Shown: positions 26,658 to 39,435 of the stretch, one piece after another | Layout of the letters: each line of letters starts with the position of its first letter | Numbering within the stretch: position 1 is the first letter of the stretch | Assembly: GCF_004010195.1 (NCBI RefSeq) | Contig: NC_057720.1 | Location: forward strand, 17,023,849 to 17,087,848 | Length of the DNA stretch: 64,000 nucleotides | Source: Chiloscyllium plagiosum | Lineage: Eukaryota | Reading direction: 5' to 3' | Position numbers and translations under genes: made by a program | Notes under the pieces: generated by a model | The model's database searches: none | The model's input: the letters and a program-made list of their open reading frames with translations, nothing else | What the model was told of the DNA's origin: nothing

Positions 26658-26954
26658 GTTCACCAGTGTCCTTTAGAGAGGGAAGTTTGCCACCCTTATC
26701 TGGTCTGGCCTACATGTAAAATCAGTCCCAAAGCAATGTGGTTGACTCTTAACTGCTCTCTGAAATAACCCAGCAGGTTGCTTGGTTATCGTAAACTGCT
26801 ACAGCAAAGCATTCTGGGTATATCTGACTCCAGAGGTTAAGGAAAATGGCTCACCACCATGCAAGAAGAACTGGGAATGGATGTCCCTGGCCTCCTGAGA
26901 GTGAATAAAAAAATGATAGTGCAAGCTCAGAGACAGCTTTCTCATCAGAAGAAA

Positions 26955-27270
26955 AGAATTAAGGAGAGACCATTCAGCCCCTCGAGTCCACTCTGCCAAT
27001 CAATACAATCATGGCTGACCTCATCTCTTTCTCTTATTGCCCACTCTCCATAATTCTTTAATCTATTGTGAATTAAAAATCTGTCTATCATGAATCCCAC
27101 AAATTCACAATGCTTTGAGAGAAGTAATTTCTCCTCCTCATCTGTTTTAAATCTACCACCCCTTATCCTAAAACTATGATCTTTCATTCTAGATTGCCCC
27201 ACAAGGGGAAACATCTGCTTTGCGTCTGCTTTGTGAATCCCCTTTAGCATTTCCTATACCTCGATAGTTT
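26955..27270 (-). mobile_element. CR1 3' end
   Basis: ORF track MFPLVGQSRMKDHSFRIRGGRFKT. Confidence 0.75.
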
Positions 27271-28819
27271 ACCCACAAAGTTCAGTTTGTCTGACGTGCT
27301 CCAAGGCAGGTGGTTGATGAGGTGAGGGGGAAAGTCAATGCACTGTGGAACCAGGAGTATTCCTTCTTCCTTCACACCCACATTTGGTTGTTTTACAATT
27401 ACATTGTGGTACTGATAAGCACTTCATCTGCAGCCAGTCGCTCAGCAATGTTACAGCCTGAAACAATAACTGTGACAACTTGCATTTACGTAGCACCTTT
27501 TATGCAGGAAAATATCCCAAAACACTTCACAGGAATGTTTGCAAGCAAAATTTTGACACGTATGGAAATATTAGGTCCCAATGGTCAAAAGCTTGGTTGA
27601 AAAGCAGCGTTTAATGAAGGAAGAGGGGAGAGAGGGAGTGAAGTTTATGGAGGCTATGCAGAAGATAAGGCCACCAACAGTAGAAAGTATGATGCTAATG
27701 TTGAAATGATGTTCAAGAGGATACTCAAGAGGCCAGAATTGAAGGAGTGTGGTTATCGCAGAAGTATGTGGAGCTGGAGATAGAGAAAGCAGACGTTAGA
27801 CTCCTGATTTGCTGACATTTACCAGTACTGCAAAATGCAATGTCTACTCCGCACCCTCTGGCTGCTAATCTAATCTCACCAACACTATGTTAGTAAGTAC
27901 ATTGGATCCTCTGAACTCTAGACAAGCTACGTTTTGTTAATGTAGCTTAGACAATTGAGTCTCCCAGCTTTGATTGTTCACTTGTTGGATAACCTCGTTT
28001 TCTCATCAGGGGATGAATGTTTGCAGCTATTGTGGAGATGGATTTGGAGGGAACCTTACTGCTCTCTTCCCCTCACCTCAGCAAGTAAGTGCCAAATTAA
28101 GAGATCCACTGGAAACATTCTCAACTTGGCAGCAAATAAGTGATCAATAAATAATTCTGGTCTCCCTGCTATAGGAAGGATGCTGTTAAACTAGAAAGGG
28201 AACAGAAAAACATTTGCTGGGATTGGAGAGTTTGAGTTATATGGAGAGGCTGGATAGGCCGGGACTTCTTTCCCTGGAATGTCTGAGGCTGAAGGGTGAT
28301 CTTTTGGAGGTTTATAAAACCTCCTGAGGGACATAGATAAGATATTTTTCCCAGGGTAGTGGAATCCTAAACTAGAGGCCACAGGTTTAAGGACTCTATG
28401 GCTCTATCAATAATCAATTTACCACACACCTGATGACCTGTCTTCCAACAGGTGAGAAAAGTGGCAGGTTCCCAACCTAACTGTTAGATTGTTGGGTGGG
28501 GGGAGGTTTCTTTTTGCCCCACTATGGGTCAAATTGGAGCAGGAATGTGGGACTTGGAATTGGCCTCTGAAAGCCGTACCTCCTATCCCTCCTCTCCCTG
28601 TGACTACCAGCAGTGAGAAGCAAGAGGACAACAAAGACATACCCTCTCACCATTGGATCCTCTGGAGCCTAAACTTCAACCAGTGGTCTTTAGGATCTAA
28701 AACTGTTGGCCATCTGATTGGTCAGTCGTAGTATATTACCTCTGAGCCAGGAAACCTAAGTTCTAGTCCCACCTGCTCCAGAGGAGTGCCATAATTTCTC
28801 TGAATAAATTGATTCCTAA

Positions 28820-30215
28820 GTCCTAAAATAGGGAGTAGAATTTGAAAAGGGGGGTGCAGGAGCTGAGAGACCTAGATGTATTTGGGCACAGATCACTGAC
28901 TGTGGCAGGACAGGTGGAGAAAGCAATAACTAAAGCAAATCAGAGAATCATGGCCAGTACATTTCAGACCTTTTCCAGATGAGACTTCTGAGGATAGGAA
29001 CTCACTGTACGCTCTGCGTCCCTCATGCCTCTGACTTTTATTTTTATTTTTAGGCACTATATAAATGTAGGTTGTTGTTCATTTGGTATTTGGATTTGCA
29101 GAAGGCCTTTGACAAGGTGCTGCACAGAAGTCTGCCAAACAAGATATGAGCCCATGGTGTTAGGGGCAAGGATAAAAGATTGGCTGACTGGCAGAAGGCA
29201 CTATGTAGGAATAAAGGGGTCTTTTTCAGTATGGCAGCGGTGACCAGTCGAGTTCCTCAGGAGTCATTGATAGGACCATAATTATTCACATTATACACTA
29301 ACGAGCTGGATGAAGGAACTGAGGGCATTGTTACTAAGTTTGCAGCTGGCCCAAAGATAGATGGGGACACAGGTAGCAATGAAGAAATGGAGAGGCTGCA
29401 TAAGGAATTGGACAGGCTAGAAAAGTTGGCAAAGAAGTGACAGAATACAATGTGGGCTATGCACTTTCATAGGAAGAATAGAGGTGTAGACTATTTCCTA
29501 AATGGCAAAAAGGTATCAGAAATTTGAAACACAAAGGGACTTAGGAGTCCTCGATCAGGATTCTCTTAAGGTTAACATGCAGGTTCAGTTGACAGTTCGG
29601 AAAGCAAATATAATGTTAGCATTCATTTCAGGAAGACAAGAATTCAAGACTAGAGATGTACTGCTGAGATTGTATAAGGCTCTGGTCAGGCTGCATTTGG
29701 AATATTGCAAACAGTTTGGGCTCTGTGAAGGATGTGCTGACCTTGCAGGAGGTTCAAAGGCGGTTTACAAGAATGATTTTAGGGATGACAAGCTTGTCAT
29801 ATGAGGAAAGGTGAGGACTCTAGATCTGAACTCAGTGGAGTTTAGAAGGATGAGGGGGAGATCTGATTAAAACTTACAGAATACTGAGAGGCCTGGATGG
29901 AGTGGACAGGGAGAACATGTCCCACAAGTAGGAAGGATTAGGATCTGACAGCACAGCCTCAGAGTGAAGGGGTGAAGGAATCTCTTCAACTAGAGGGTAG
30001 TGAACCTGTGGAACTCATTGCTGCAGGGGGCTGTGGAGGCCAAGTCGTTGACTGTATTTAAGAAATAGATAAATAGGTTCTTGATTAGTAAGGGGATCGA
30101 GGGTTACAGGGAGAAGGCAGAAGAATGGGGTTGAGAAACATATCAATCATAATTGAATGGTGGAGCAGTCTCAATGGGCTGAACAGGCTAATGCTGCTCT
30201 TATAGCTTGGAGTCT
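28820..30215 (+). mobile_element. CR1 RT and 3' end, degenerate
   Basis: DWLTGRR.., RDLGVL..DSLKVNMQVQ..LYKALVRLHLEYC. Confidence 0.8.
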
Positions 30216-30236
30216 AAACAGTGAAAGTTAGAAGAC

Positions 30237-30902
30237 ATTTTGATCATTGCCAATTTGCAGCTGCACCAATCACAGTCTCATTCAATGCTCAGACTTTGTT
30301 TCCCAGCTGAAGGTCACGAAGTATTGTTATTCGTGGAAATTCTTGCCAACTTTATTTCTCTTCATCCCCAGCCCCTTGGGGTACTGAACCCTCCACCAAT
30401 ACTCAGCCTGAAATCACCAAATGAGCAAATAGGTTTGTCTCTGTCAATTCCCAGGTCTGAATGGCTCAGTTCATGGCTCCCCGGAAAGTGTACTCACCAC
30501 CTGAGTCCTTAGGAGCATTCTTGATGCAAGTTAAAATTATTCTTAAAACAACTCAATAATTTTATCACACTCATTGTGCATTTCCACTACTTGTGATTTT
30601 ATTTGACTCCCATCTTCAGCTTTCTTTACATTTTATCCTTCTGCTTTCTGTCCCCTTTCGTGGCCTCTCAGCCTGTTAGCTTTCTGCATGTTAATTTGTT
30701 TCTTCAAATAGCTTTTCACTGCCTCACTGAGTTAATCTTCAATGTCATCAAATGATCTGCTTTTCTGGTTAAAAAGATTGCCAATCATTCAACCCTTTAA
30801 TTTTCTCCTTGTGATTGGAGTCACTGATTGTGTTTTACTCTGACCCATTTCTTACCTCAATTGTCCAATTTACCTGCTCTCCATTTTCTGTAGTAGTGTC
30901 AA
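30237..30902. repeat. Left copy of ~660-bp inverted duplication (partner 37198-37856)
   Basis: Colinear reverse complement; the ORF track shows near-identical FPAEGHEVLL...HHLSP on opposite strands. Confidence 0.85.
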
Positions 30903-31040
30903 CATTAGTCTCGAGTCAGAAGTCTGTGGACTGCAGCTGACTTCAGAGAATTGAGTAGGCTCAGCTATCTACTCCAAGGCAATACTGAGGGAGAGCTGAA
31001 CTGTTGGAGGATTCATCACATCTTTGCAACATGAGATCTC
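30900..31040 (+). mobile_element. Ancient Deu-domain SINE-like fragment
   Basis: gcaatactgagggagagctgaactgttggagg resembles the DeuSINE (SacSINE1/AmnSINE1) core as recalled; similar minus-strand remnant at ~58250-58730. Confidence 0.45.
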
Positions 31041-32752
31041 GTGTATATGTATCATATTGAGCGTACATATTGATAACGAAAGATTTGTCCTTATAGATAT
31101 TTTTAATCAATCTATTCAGGCAAGTTTGGAGAAGATGGAAAATAAATCCAGACTTTCTAGACATGAGCCCTGACTTATGTTTATATTGTTCTTATCATGA
31201 CCATTGAACATCTCAAAGCGTTTAAAATTTAAATAATTATTTTTTGAAATATAGTCACTGTTGCAGTGAACAAACAACAAATTGTAATTGAAATTGCTGT
31301 AATAGTAGAAGCTCAGCTAAATGATACCACGCCCAACAGATTAGATCTAAGCTCTGCCACATCCAATCCTACTGGGCAATCAACTTACTGAAGGAGGGGG
31401 ATCCACCAATGTACCCATCCTCAAAGATGGAAGAGCCCAGCCCATCAGTGCAAACGATAAGGCTGAAGTTTATGCAGGAATCTTCAGCCAGAAGTGTCGA
31501 GTGGATGATCCATCTTGGTCTCCTCTAGTGGTCTCCAGCATTACACAAACCAATCTTCGACAATTTGATTCCCAAATATCAAGAAACAGCTGGAGGTGTG
31601 AAAACGTGCAAAGGCTATGGTCCCTGACAACATTCTGCAGTTGCTCTGAAGACTTGTGTTCTAGGACTGGCCACGCCCTTAGTTAAGCTGTTCCAGCACA
31701 GCTACTATACCAGCATTTACCTGAAATGTGGAAAATGTCCTGTACACAAAAAGCAGGACAAATCCAAAATAAATAACAACTGCATCATTGGTCTATTCTC
31801 GATCATCAGTAAGGTGATGGGAGGTGTTGTCAACAGTGCTATCCAATAGCACCTGCTCAGTGATGCCCAGTTTAGGCTCTGCCAGGGCCACAGTTTCCGA
31901 CCTCATGCCTGCCTTCGTCCATATATGGACAAAAAAACTGCATTCCAGAAATGGTGTACGAGTGACAGCCATTGATATCAAGTATTCACTGAGTGCTGCA
32001 TCAAGGAGCTTTTGAGAAACTGGAATCAATGCAAATCATAGGCAAAACTCTCATTGACCACAGTCAAACCTGGTACATAGGAAGACAGTCATGGTTGTTG
32101 GAGGTCAGTCATCTCAGCTCCAGGACACCTCTACAGGAGTTCCTCAGGGTAGTTTCCTACGTCCAACCATCTTTAGCTGCTTCATCAATGACATTCCCTC
32201 CATCATGAGCCCACCAGTGGGGATGTTAGCACAATGTTCAGCACCAGTCATGACTCCTCTGGTACTGAAGTAGTCCATGTTCAAATGCAGTAGGATCTGG
32301 ACAATATCCAGGTTTGGGTTGACCTTTGACAAATAATATTCATGCCATATAAATGCCAGGCAAAGACCATCACTAATAAGAGCCATCTAATTATTATCCT
32401 TGATTTTCAGTGGTGGTACCATTTTTTTGCTTCATTTTTTCAGTGGCAGTTACAGTGAGAGGACTGACAGCGAGGACCAGGGGCCTGACGGGAAGGTACA
32501 TTTAAAGTATAAAAACTTACCTTGTGAATAGGCGGAGCACACACTGAGCAGGAGCACACATGGGACTGCTGGGTAAGTGAGGTTATATATTTGGGTGGTT
32601 GCTTTACCCAAAACACTACTCTGGTAGTGTCTCCCACCCGTCCTCCTCCTCTAACCAAAAACAAAGATTCCGTGTGCCGGATTGGTAAGGTGACTAGTTT
32701 TAATTTTTTTTAAAGTTTTCAGTAGTCTTGTTGGGAATTTAGAATAGTAGGA

Positions 32753-33662
32753 ATGGAGGTTAGGATAGTTGAATGTTCCTCCTGCAGAGTGCGGGAGGTA
32801 AGGGTCACCAGAGTGTCCCTGCTAATTGCATCTGTGGGAAGTGCACCCAAATCCAGCTCCTCAAAAACTGTGTGAGGGAACTGGAGCTGGAGCTGGATGA
32901 ACTTTGGATCATTTAAGAAGTGGAGGGAGTCATTGAGAGGAGTTACAGGGAGGTAGTCACACCTCAGGTAAAAGATGAAAGTAGATGGGTTACCGTCAGG
33001 GGATGGAATATGAACCAGCAGGCAGTGCAAGTATCCCCTGTGGATGTTCCTCTCAACAACAAGTATACCGTTCTGGATATTGTTGGGGGGCTGACGGGGG
33101 ACTTACCAGGAGTAAGCAATGGGGCACAGGTCTCTGGCACAGTGTCAGTCCCTGTTGCTCAGAAGGGAAGGGGGTAGAGGAGCAGAGCTTTAGTCACTGG
33201 GGACTCCATAGTTAGGGGGACAGATAAGAGATTCTGTGGGAACAAGAGATACTCACGGTTCATGTGTTGCCTCCTGGTTGCCAGGGTTCAAAATGTCTCT
33301 GATTGTGTTTTTGGGATCCTTGAGGGGTCCACATAGGCACCAACGACATAGGTATGAAGAGAGATGGGGCTTTAAGGCAGAACTCAGGGAGCTAGGGTGG
33401 AAGCTTAGAGCTAGAACAAACAGTTGTTATCTCTGGTCTGTTGCATGTGCCACGTGCGAGTGAGGTGAGGAATAGGGAGAGAGAGGAGTTGAACACATGG
33501 CTACAGGGATGGTGCAGGAGGGTGGATTTTGGATTCCTGGATAATTGAGGCTTTTTCTGGAATGGGGTGGTCTCTACAAACATGATGGTCTTCACCTGAA
33601 CCAGAGGGGTACCAATATCCTGGGGGCGGGGTTATTTGTTAATGCTGTTCGGGAGGGTTTAA
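32753..33662 (+). pseudogene. CR1 ORF1 (CxxC..CxxC zinc finger, leucine zipper, SGNH esterase), frameshifted
   Basis: MEVRIVECSSC..ICGKC..RELELELDEL; GDSIVRG, HIGTND and DGLHLN esterase blocks. Confidence 0.85.
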
Positions 33663-36345
33663 TCAGCAGGGGGATGGGAACCTAATTTGTAGTTCTAGTG
33701 TACAGGAAGTTGAGAGTAGTGAGGTCAGAAATAAGGTTTCAAGATCGCAAGAAGGGACCAGCAAGCAAGAAGTTGGTTTGAAGTGCGTCCACTTCAATGC
33801 AAGGAGCATCCAGAGTCAGGTGGGTTGCAGATTCCGGGATTTAGATGTTTCAGTAAGAACAGAAAAAAATTGTAAAAAAGGGGGTGGTGTGACATTATTA
33901 ATCAAGGACAGTATTATGGTTGCAGAAAGGACACTTGAGGACTCATCTACTGACGTAGTATGAGTTGAGGTTAGAAACAGGAAAGGAGAGGTCACCCTGA
34001 TGGGAGTTTTCTATAGGCCTCCTAACAGTTCCAGAGATGTAGAGGAGAGGATAGCAAAGATGATTCTTGATAGGAGGGAGAGTGACAGGGTAGTTGTTAT
34101 TGAGGACTTTAGCTTTCCAAATATTGACTGGGAATACTATAGGTCATGTACTTTAGATGGGTCAGTTTTTGTCCAATGTGTGCAGGAGGGTTTCGTGACA
34201 CAGTATGTTGACAGGCCAAAAAGGGGCAAGGCCACATTGGTTTTGGTATTGGGGAATGAACCCGGCCAGGTGTTAGATTTGGAGGTAGGTGTACACTTTG
34301 GTGATAGTGACCACCAATTCGGTTATGTTTACTTCAGCAATGGAAAGGGACAGATATTTAATGCAGGGCAAGAATTATTGCTGGGGGAAAGGCAATTATG
34401 ACACAATTAGGCAAGATTTAGGATGCATAGGATGGGGAAGGAAACTGCAGGGGATGAGCACAATTGAAATGTGGAGCTTATTCAAGAAACAGCTACTGCG
34501 GTTTCTTGATAAGTATATACCTACCAGGCAGGGAGGTAGTTGTTGAGCACGGGAGCCGTAGGTTACTAAGGAAACTGAATCTCTTGTCAAGAGGAAGAAG
34601 AAGGCTTATGTCAGGATGAGATGTGAAGGCTCAGTTAGGGCACTTGGGAGTTACAAATTAGCCAGGAAAGACCTAAAGAGAGAGCAAGAAGAGCCAGGAG
34701 GGGACATGAGAAGTCATTGGTGGATCAAGGAAATCACTAAGGCTTTCTTTAGTCATATCAGGAAGAAAGGAATGACTAGAGAAAGATTAGGGCCAATCAA
34801 GGATAGTAGTGGGATGTTGTGCTGGAGTCTGAGGAGATGGGGGAAGCGCTAAATGAATATTTTTCATCAGTATTCACACTGGAAAAAGATAATGTTGTCA
34901 AGGGGAATACTGAGATACAGGCTACAAGACTAGATGGGATTGAGGTGCATAAGGAGGAGGTGTTAGCAATTCTGGAAAGTGTGAAAATAGATAAAACACC
35001 TAGGCCAGAAAAATCCTAGGATTCTCTGGGAAGCCAGAGAGGAGATTGCATAGCCTTTGGCTTTGATCTTTATGTTGTCCTTGTCTACAGGAATAGTGCC
35101 AGAAAACTGGAGGATAGCAAATGTTGTCCCCTTGTTCAAGAAGGGGAGTCGAGACAACCCTGGTAATTATAGACTAGTGAGCCTTACTTCGGTTGTGGGT
35201 AAAGTGTTGGAAAAGGTTACAACAGATAGAGATAGTCAACACTGTTTTGTGAAGGGAAGGTTGTGCCTTACAAACCTTATTGAGTTCTTTGAGAAGGTGA
35301 CCAGACAGGTGAATGTGGGTAAAGCGGTTGATGTGGTGTATATGTATTTCAATAAGGCATTTGATAAGGTTCCCCACGGTAGGCCATTGCACAAAATATG
35401 GAAGCATGGGATTGGGGGTGATATAGCAGCTTGGATCAGAAATTGGCTAGCTGAAAGAAGACAGAAGATGGTAGTTGATGGGAAATGTTCATCATGTAGT
35501 TTGGTTACTAGTGATGTACCACAAGGTCCACTTCTATTTGTCATTTTTATAAATGACCTGGATGAGGGCATAGAAGGATGGGTTAGTAAATTTGTGGATG
35601 GTACTAAGGTCGGTAGATTTGTGGATAGTGCCAAAAGATGTTGTAGGTTACAGAGGGACATTGATAAGCTGCAGAGCTGGGCTGAGAGGTGGCAAATGGA
35701 ATTTAATGCGGAAAAGTGTGAGGTGATTCACTTTGGAAGGAGTAACAGGAATGCAGAGTACTGGGCTAATGGTAAGATTCTAGGTAGTGTATGAACAGAG
35801 GGATCTCTGTGTTCATGTACATAGATCCCTGAGAGTTGCCACCCAGTTGATAGGGTTGTTAAGAAGACATACGGTGTCTTAGTGTTTATTAGTAGAGGGA
35901 TTAAGTTTTGGAGTCATGAGGTCATGCTGCTGCTGTACAAAACTCTGGTGCGGCCACACTTGGAATATTGCATAAAGTTCTGGTCACCGTATTATAGGAA
36001 GGATGTGGAAGCTTTGGAAAGGGTTCAGAGGAGATTTACGAGGATGTTGCCTGGTATAGAGGAAATGTCTTGCAAGGACAGGCTGAGGGACTTGAGGCTG
36101 TTTACGTTAGAGAGAAGAGGGTTGAGAGGTGATTTAATTGAGACATATAAGATAACCAGAGGGTTAGATAGGGTGGACAGTGAGAGCCTTTTTCCTCAGA
36201 TGGTGATGGCTAGCACGAGGGGACATTGCTTTAAATTGAAGGGTGATAGATATAGGACAACTGTCAGAGGTAGTTTCTTTACTAAGAGAGTAGTAAGGGC
36301 ATGGAATGACCTGCCTGCAACAGTAGTAGACTGGCCAACTTTAAA

Positions 36346-36762
36346 CTCCTGCAGCGCCAGACCACAACAACACGACAATTGGAGGAAGAGCGCCTCATCT
36401 TCCGCCTAGGAACCCTCCAACCACAAGGGATGAACTCGGATTTCACCAGTTTCCTCATTTCCCCTCCCCCCACCTTGTCTCAGTCAAATCCCTCGAACTC
36501 AGCACCGCCTTCCTAACCTGCAATCTTCTTCCTGACCTCTCCGCCCCCACCCCAGTCTGACCTATCACCCTCACCTTGACCTCTTTCCACCTATCGCATT
36601 TCTGACGCCCTTCCCCCAAGTCCCTCCTCCCTACCTTTTATCTTAGCCTGCTGGACAAACTTTCCTCATTCCTGAAGAAGGGCTTATGCCCGAAACGTCG
36701 ATTCTCCTGTTCCCTGGATGCTGCCTGACCTGCTGCGCTTTTCCAGCAACACATTTTCAGCC
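36346..36762 (+). mobile_element. Young 5'-truncated Penelope-like element inside the CR1
   Basis: RQLEEERLIFRLGTLQPQGMNSDF; perfect 15-bp TSD ctggccaactttaaa at 36331-36345 and 36763-36777. Confidence 0.92.
36668..36703 (+). ncRNA. Minimal type-I hammerhead ribozyme (intact core)
   Basis: CUGAAGA (36672-78), stem II GGGC-uuau-GCCC, GAAAC-GUC (36692-99); palindromic ACGU stem III; short imperfect stem I. Confidence 0.75.
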
Positions 36763-37197
36763 CTGGCCAACTTTAAAGGCATTTAAATAGTCATTGGATA
36801 GACATATGGATGAAAATGGAATAGTGTAGATTAGAAGGGCTTCAGATTAGTTTCACAGGTTGGCGCAACATCGAGGGCCAAAGGGCCTGTGCTGTGCTGT
36901 AATGTTCTATGTTCTAAATTCCCTACTATCAACGGTCCTGGTGATTACCATTAGCCAGAAACTGAACTGGACTTGCTATGTAAATACAGAGGCTACAAGA
37001 GCAGGTCAGAGGCAAGGAATACTGCAGTGAGTAACTCACTTCCTTAATTCCTAAAGACTGTGCATCATCAACAAGGCACACTCAGGGGTATGATGGGATA
37101 CTCCCTGCTTTGCCTGGACAGGTGTAGCTCCAACAACACTCAAAAAGCTTTGACACCATCCAGAGCAAAACAGCCCAATTGAGCTAACTGAGCCATG

Positions 37198-37856
37198 GCT
37201 GACACTACAGAAGATTGAAAACCAGAAATTGGTATAGTTGAGAAAAAAAATGAGTCAGGGAAAGCACGCTCAGTTACTCCAATCACTGGGAGAAAATTGA
37301 AAAATAATTTGCAACCATTTGCACAAGAAAAGCTCGTCGTTTGACAACATTGAAGATTAGCTCAGCAAGGCAGTGAAAAGACATTTGGAAAAACAAACTA
37401 ACACGCAGAAAGCTAAGAGGATGAGGGGCCATGAAAGGGGACAGAAAGCAGAAGGATAAAACATGAGGAAAGTTGAAGATGGGAGTCAAACTGAAATCAT
37501 AAGTGGTGGAAATGCACAAGGGGTGTGATAAAATTATCAAGTTGTTTTAAGAATAATTTTAACTTGCATCAAGAATGCTCCTAAGGGCTCAGATGGTGAG
37601 CACACGTTCCAGGGAGCCATAAGCTGAGCCATTCAGACCTGGGAATTGACAAGACTAAACCTCTTTGCTCAGCTAATAACTTCAGGTCAAGTAATGGTGG
37701 AGGGATCAGTACCACAGGAGGCTGGGGTTGAAGAGAAATAAAGTTGGCAAGAACTTCCTCAATTAACAATACCTCATGACCCTCAGCTGGGAAAACAGTG
37801 TGAGTATCAAATGAGGGTTTGTTTGTTACAGCTGCAACACTAACTTTCTCAAAATC
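37198..37856. repeat. Right copy of ~660-bp inverted duplication
   Basis: Reverse complement of 30237-30902. Confidence 0.85.
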
Positions 37857-37961
37857 AAATTCTCTCAAATTCACAACATCAAGAAAGAAAAGTGCCATGT
37901 ACACTCAAAGTTTTATGGAAATGAGAATCATATGAGTGAGTAGTGAGTCATAGTAGTGAGT

Positions 37962-38297
37962 AGTGGGCAGCACGGTGGCACAGTGGTTAGCACTGCTGCC
38001 TCACAGCGCCTGAGACCCGGGTTCAATTCCCGACTCAGGCGACTGACTGTGTGGAGTTTGCACGTTCTCCCCGTGTCTGCGTGGGTTTCCTCCGGGTGCT
38101 CCGGTTTCCTCCCACAGTCCAAAGATGTGCAGGGTCAGGTGAATTGGCCATGCTAAATTGCCCATGGTGTTAGGTAAGGGGTAAATGTAGGGGTATGGGT
38201 GGGTTGTGCTTCGGCGGGGCGGTGTGGACTTGTTGGGCCGAAGGGCCTGTTTCCACACTGTAAGTAATCTAATCTAATCTAATCTAATCTAATCTAA
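37962..38297 (+). mobile_element. HE1-type SINE (young, long AATCT tail)
   Basis: Canonical A/B boxes, V-domain, about six AATCT units. Confidence 0.93.
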
Positions 38298-38850
38298 TAG
38301 AACATAGAACACAGTGCAGTACAGGCCCTTCGGCCCTCGATATTGTGCCGACCTGTCATACCAATCTGAAGCCCATCTAACCTACACTATTCCATGTATG
38401 TCCATATGCTTGTCCAATGATGACTTAAATGTACTTAAAGTTGGTGAATCTACTACCGTTGCAGGCAAAACATTCCATACCCTTACTACTCTCTGAGTAA
38501 AGAAACTACCTCTGACATCTGTCCTATATCTGTCACCCCTCAATTTAAAGCTATGCCCCCTAATGCTCGCCGTCACCATACTCGGAAAAAGGCTCTCCCT
38601 GTCCACCCTATATAACCCTCTGATTATCTTATATGCATCTCTTAAGTCACTTCTCAACCTTCTTCTCTCTAATGAAAACAGCCTCTAGTCTTTCAGCCTT
38701 TCCTCGTAAGACCTTCCCTCCATACCAGGTAACATCCTCTGCACCCTTTCCAAAGCTTCCACATCCTTATAATGCGGTGACCAGAACTGTACACAATACT
38801 CCAAGTGTGGCCGCACCAGAGTTTTGTACAGCTGTAGCATAACCTCATGA
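38298..38850 (-). mobile_element. CR1 3' end, tail-to-tail with HE1
   Basis: ORF track RGLYRVDRESLFP...RGHSFKLRGDRYRTDVRG; same subfamily as the 32.4-kb copy. Confidence 0.88.
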
Positions 38851-38949
38851 TCTATTTGCATGCCTGTGTATTACCCATTCTCCCCTCATTTATGCTGTAT
38901 ACAGTTTGCTATTCTCTCACACAGTGAAGAGAAACTAGACCATGACCAA

Positions 38950-39435
38950 TTGTCCAGCTTCCTCATATGGGCCTCCCCCCTGGCCAGTCTACCCCGATAT
39001 CTCAAGGCACTCTCTATGGGCAGTAATCACCCTGTCTATGTACAAGCATTAACCATCACCTCATTATGGTATGTCTTCAATTCACTTACACTCCTCAGTG
39101 CAGTGATGAAGTGTATTGTATCAGTAATCTTGCATTGCAATGCAACACCAGTGTTACTACCAGGTCACTTTGTGTGCAAGGACAGGCATCAGTTGCATGA
39201 TTGGAATATCCTGGAGCTCTTAGCTTACTCTTTCAGCCTCATTCACTTTCCATTTACTTGTCTCCATCTCTGCTCTATTTCAACAGCCAGGTGACTTATA
39301 GGGCTGTTTACTGGAAGACAAGGACTACCTGTGCAACTGTGGCTGATGACTCCAATACATGACCCCCTGACTGAGGCCAAGTGTAGATAGAATGTAGTCC
39401 ATTCTTCCACCAGGGCCATTGTGGAGCAATACCCC
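38950..39435 (+). mobile_element. PIF/Harbinger transposase fossil
   Basis: ..HDWNIL..GCLLEDKDY / WLMTPIHDPLTEAKCR*NVVHSSTRAIVEQ matches the Harbinger GDxGY..WLMTP..YNxxHxxTRxxVE motif. Confidence 0.7.

Larger units (their letters stand above)
32440..36916 (+). mobile_element. Near-full-length CR1/HER1-type LINE (degenerate)
   Basis: 5' UTR, ORF1, ORF2 ([54 protein letters not shown]), 3' tail gggcctgtgctgtgctgtaatgttctatgttcta. Confidence 0.92.
31340..37180 (+). mobile_element. Zenon-like LINE RT region split by the CR1 insertion (parts 31340-32422 and 36917-37180)
   Basis: GVPQGSFLRPTIFSCFIND; the two parts join colinearly with 51415-51700. Confidence 0.8.

Noticed and set aside
30240..30512. 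Apparent paralogous genes (FPAEGHEVLL...HHLSP) at 30240+ and 37581-
   Set aside because: The similarity is explained by the DNA-level inverted duplication, which extends well beyond the ORFs; no splice or start context and no recognisable domain
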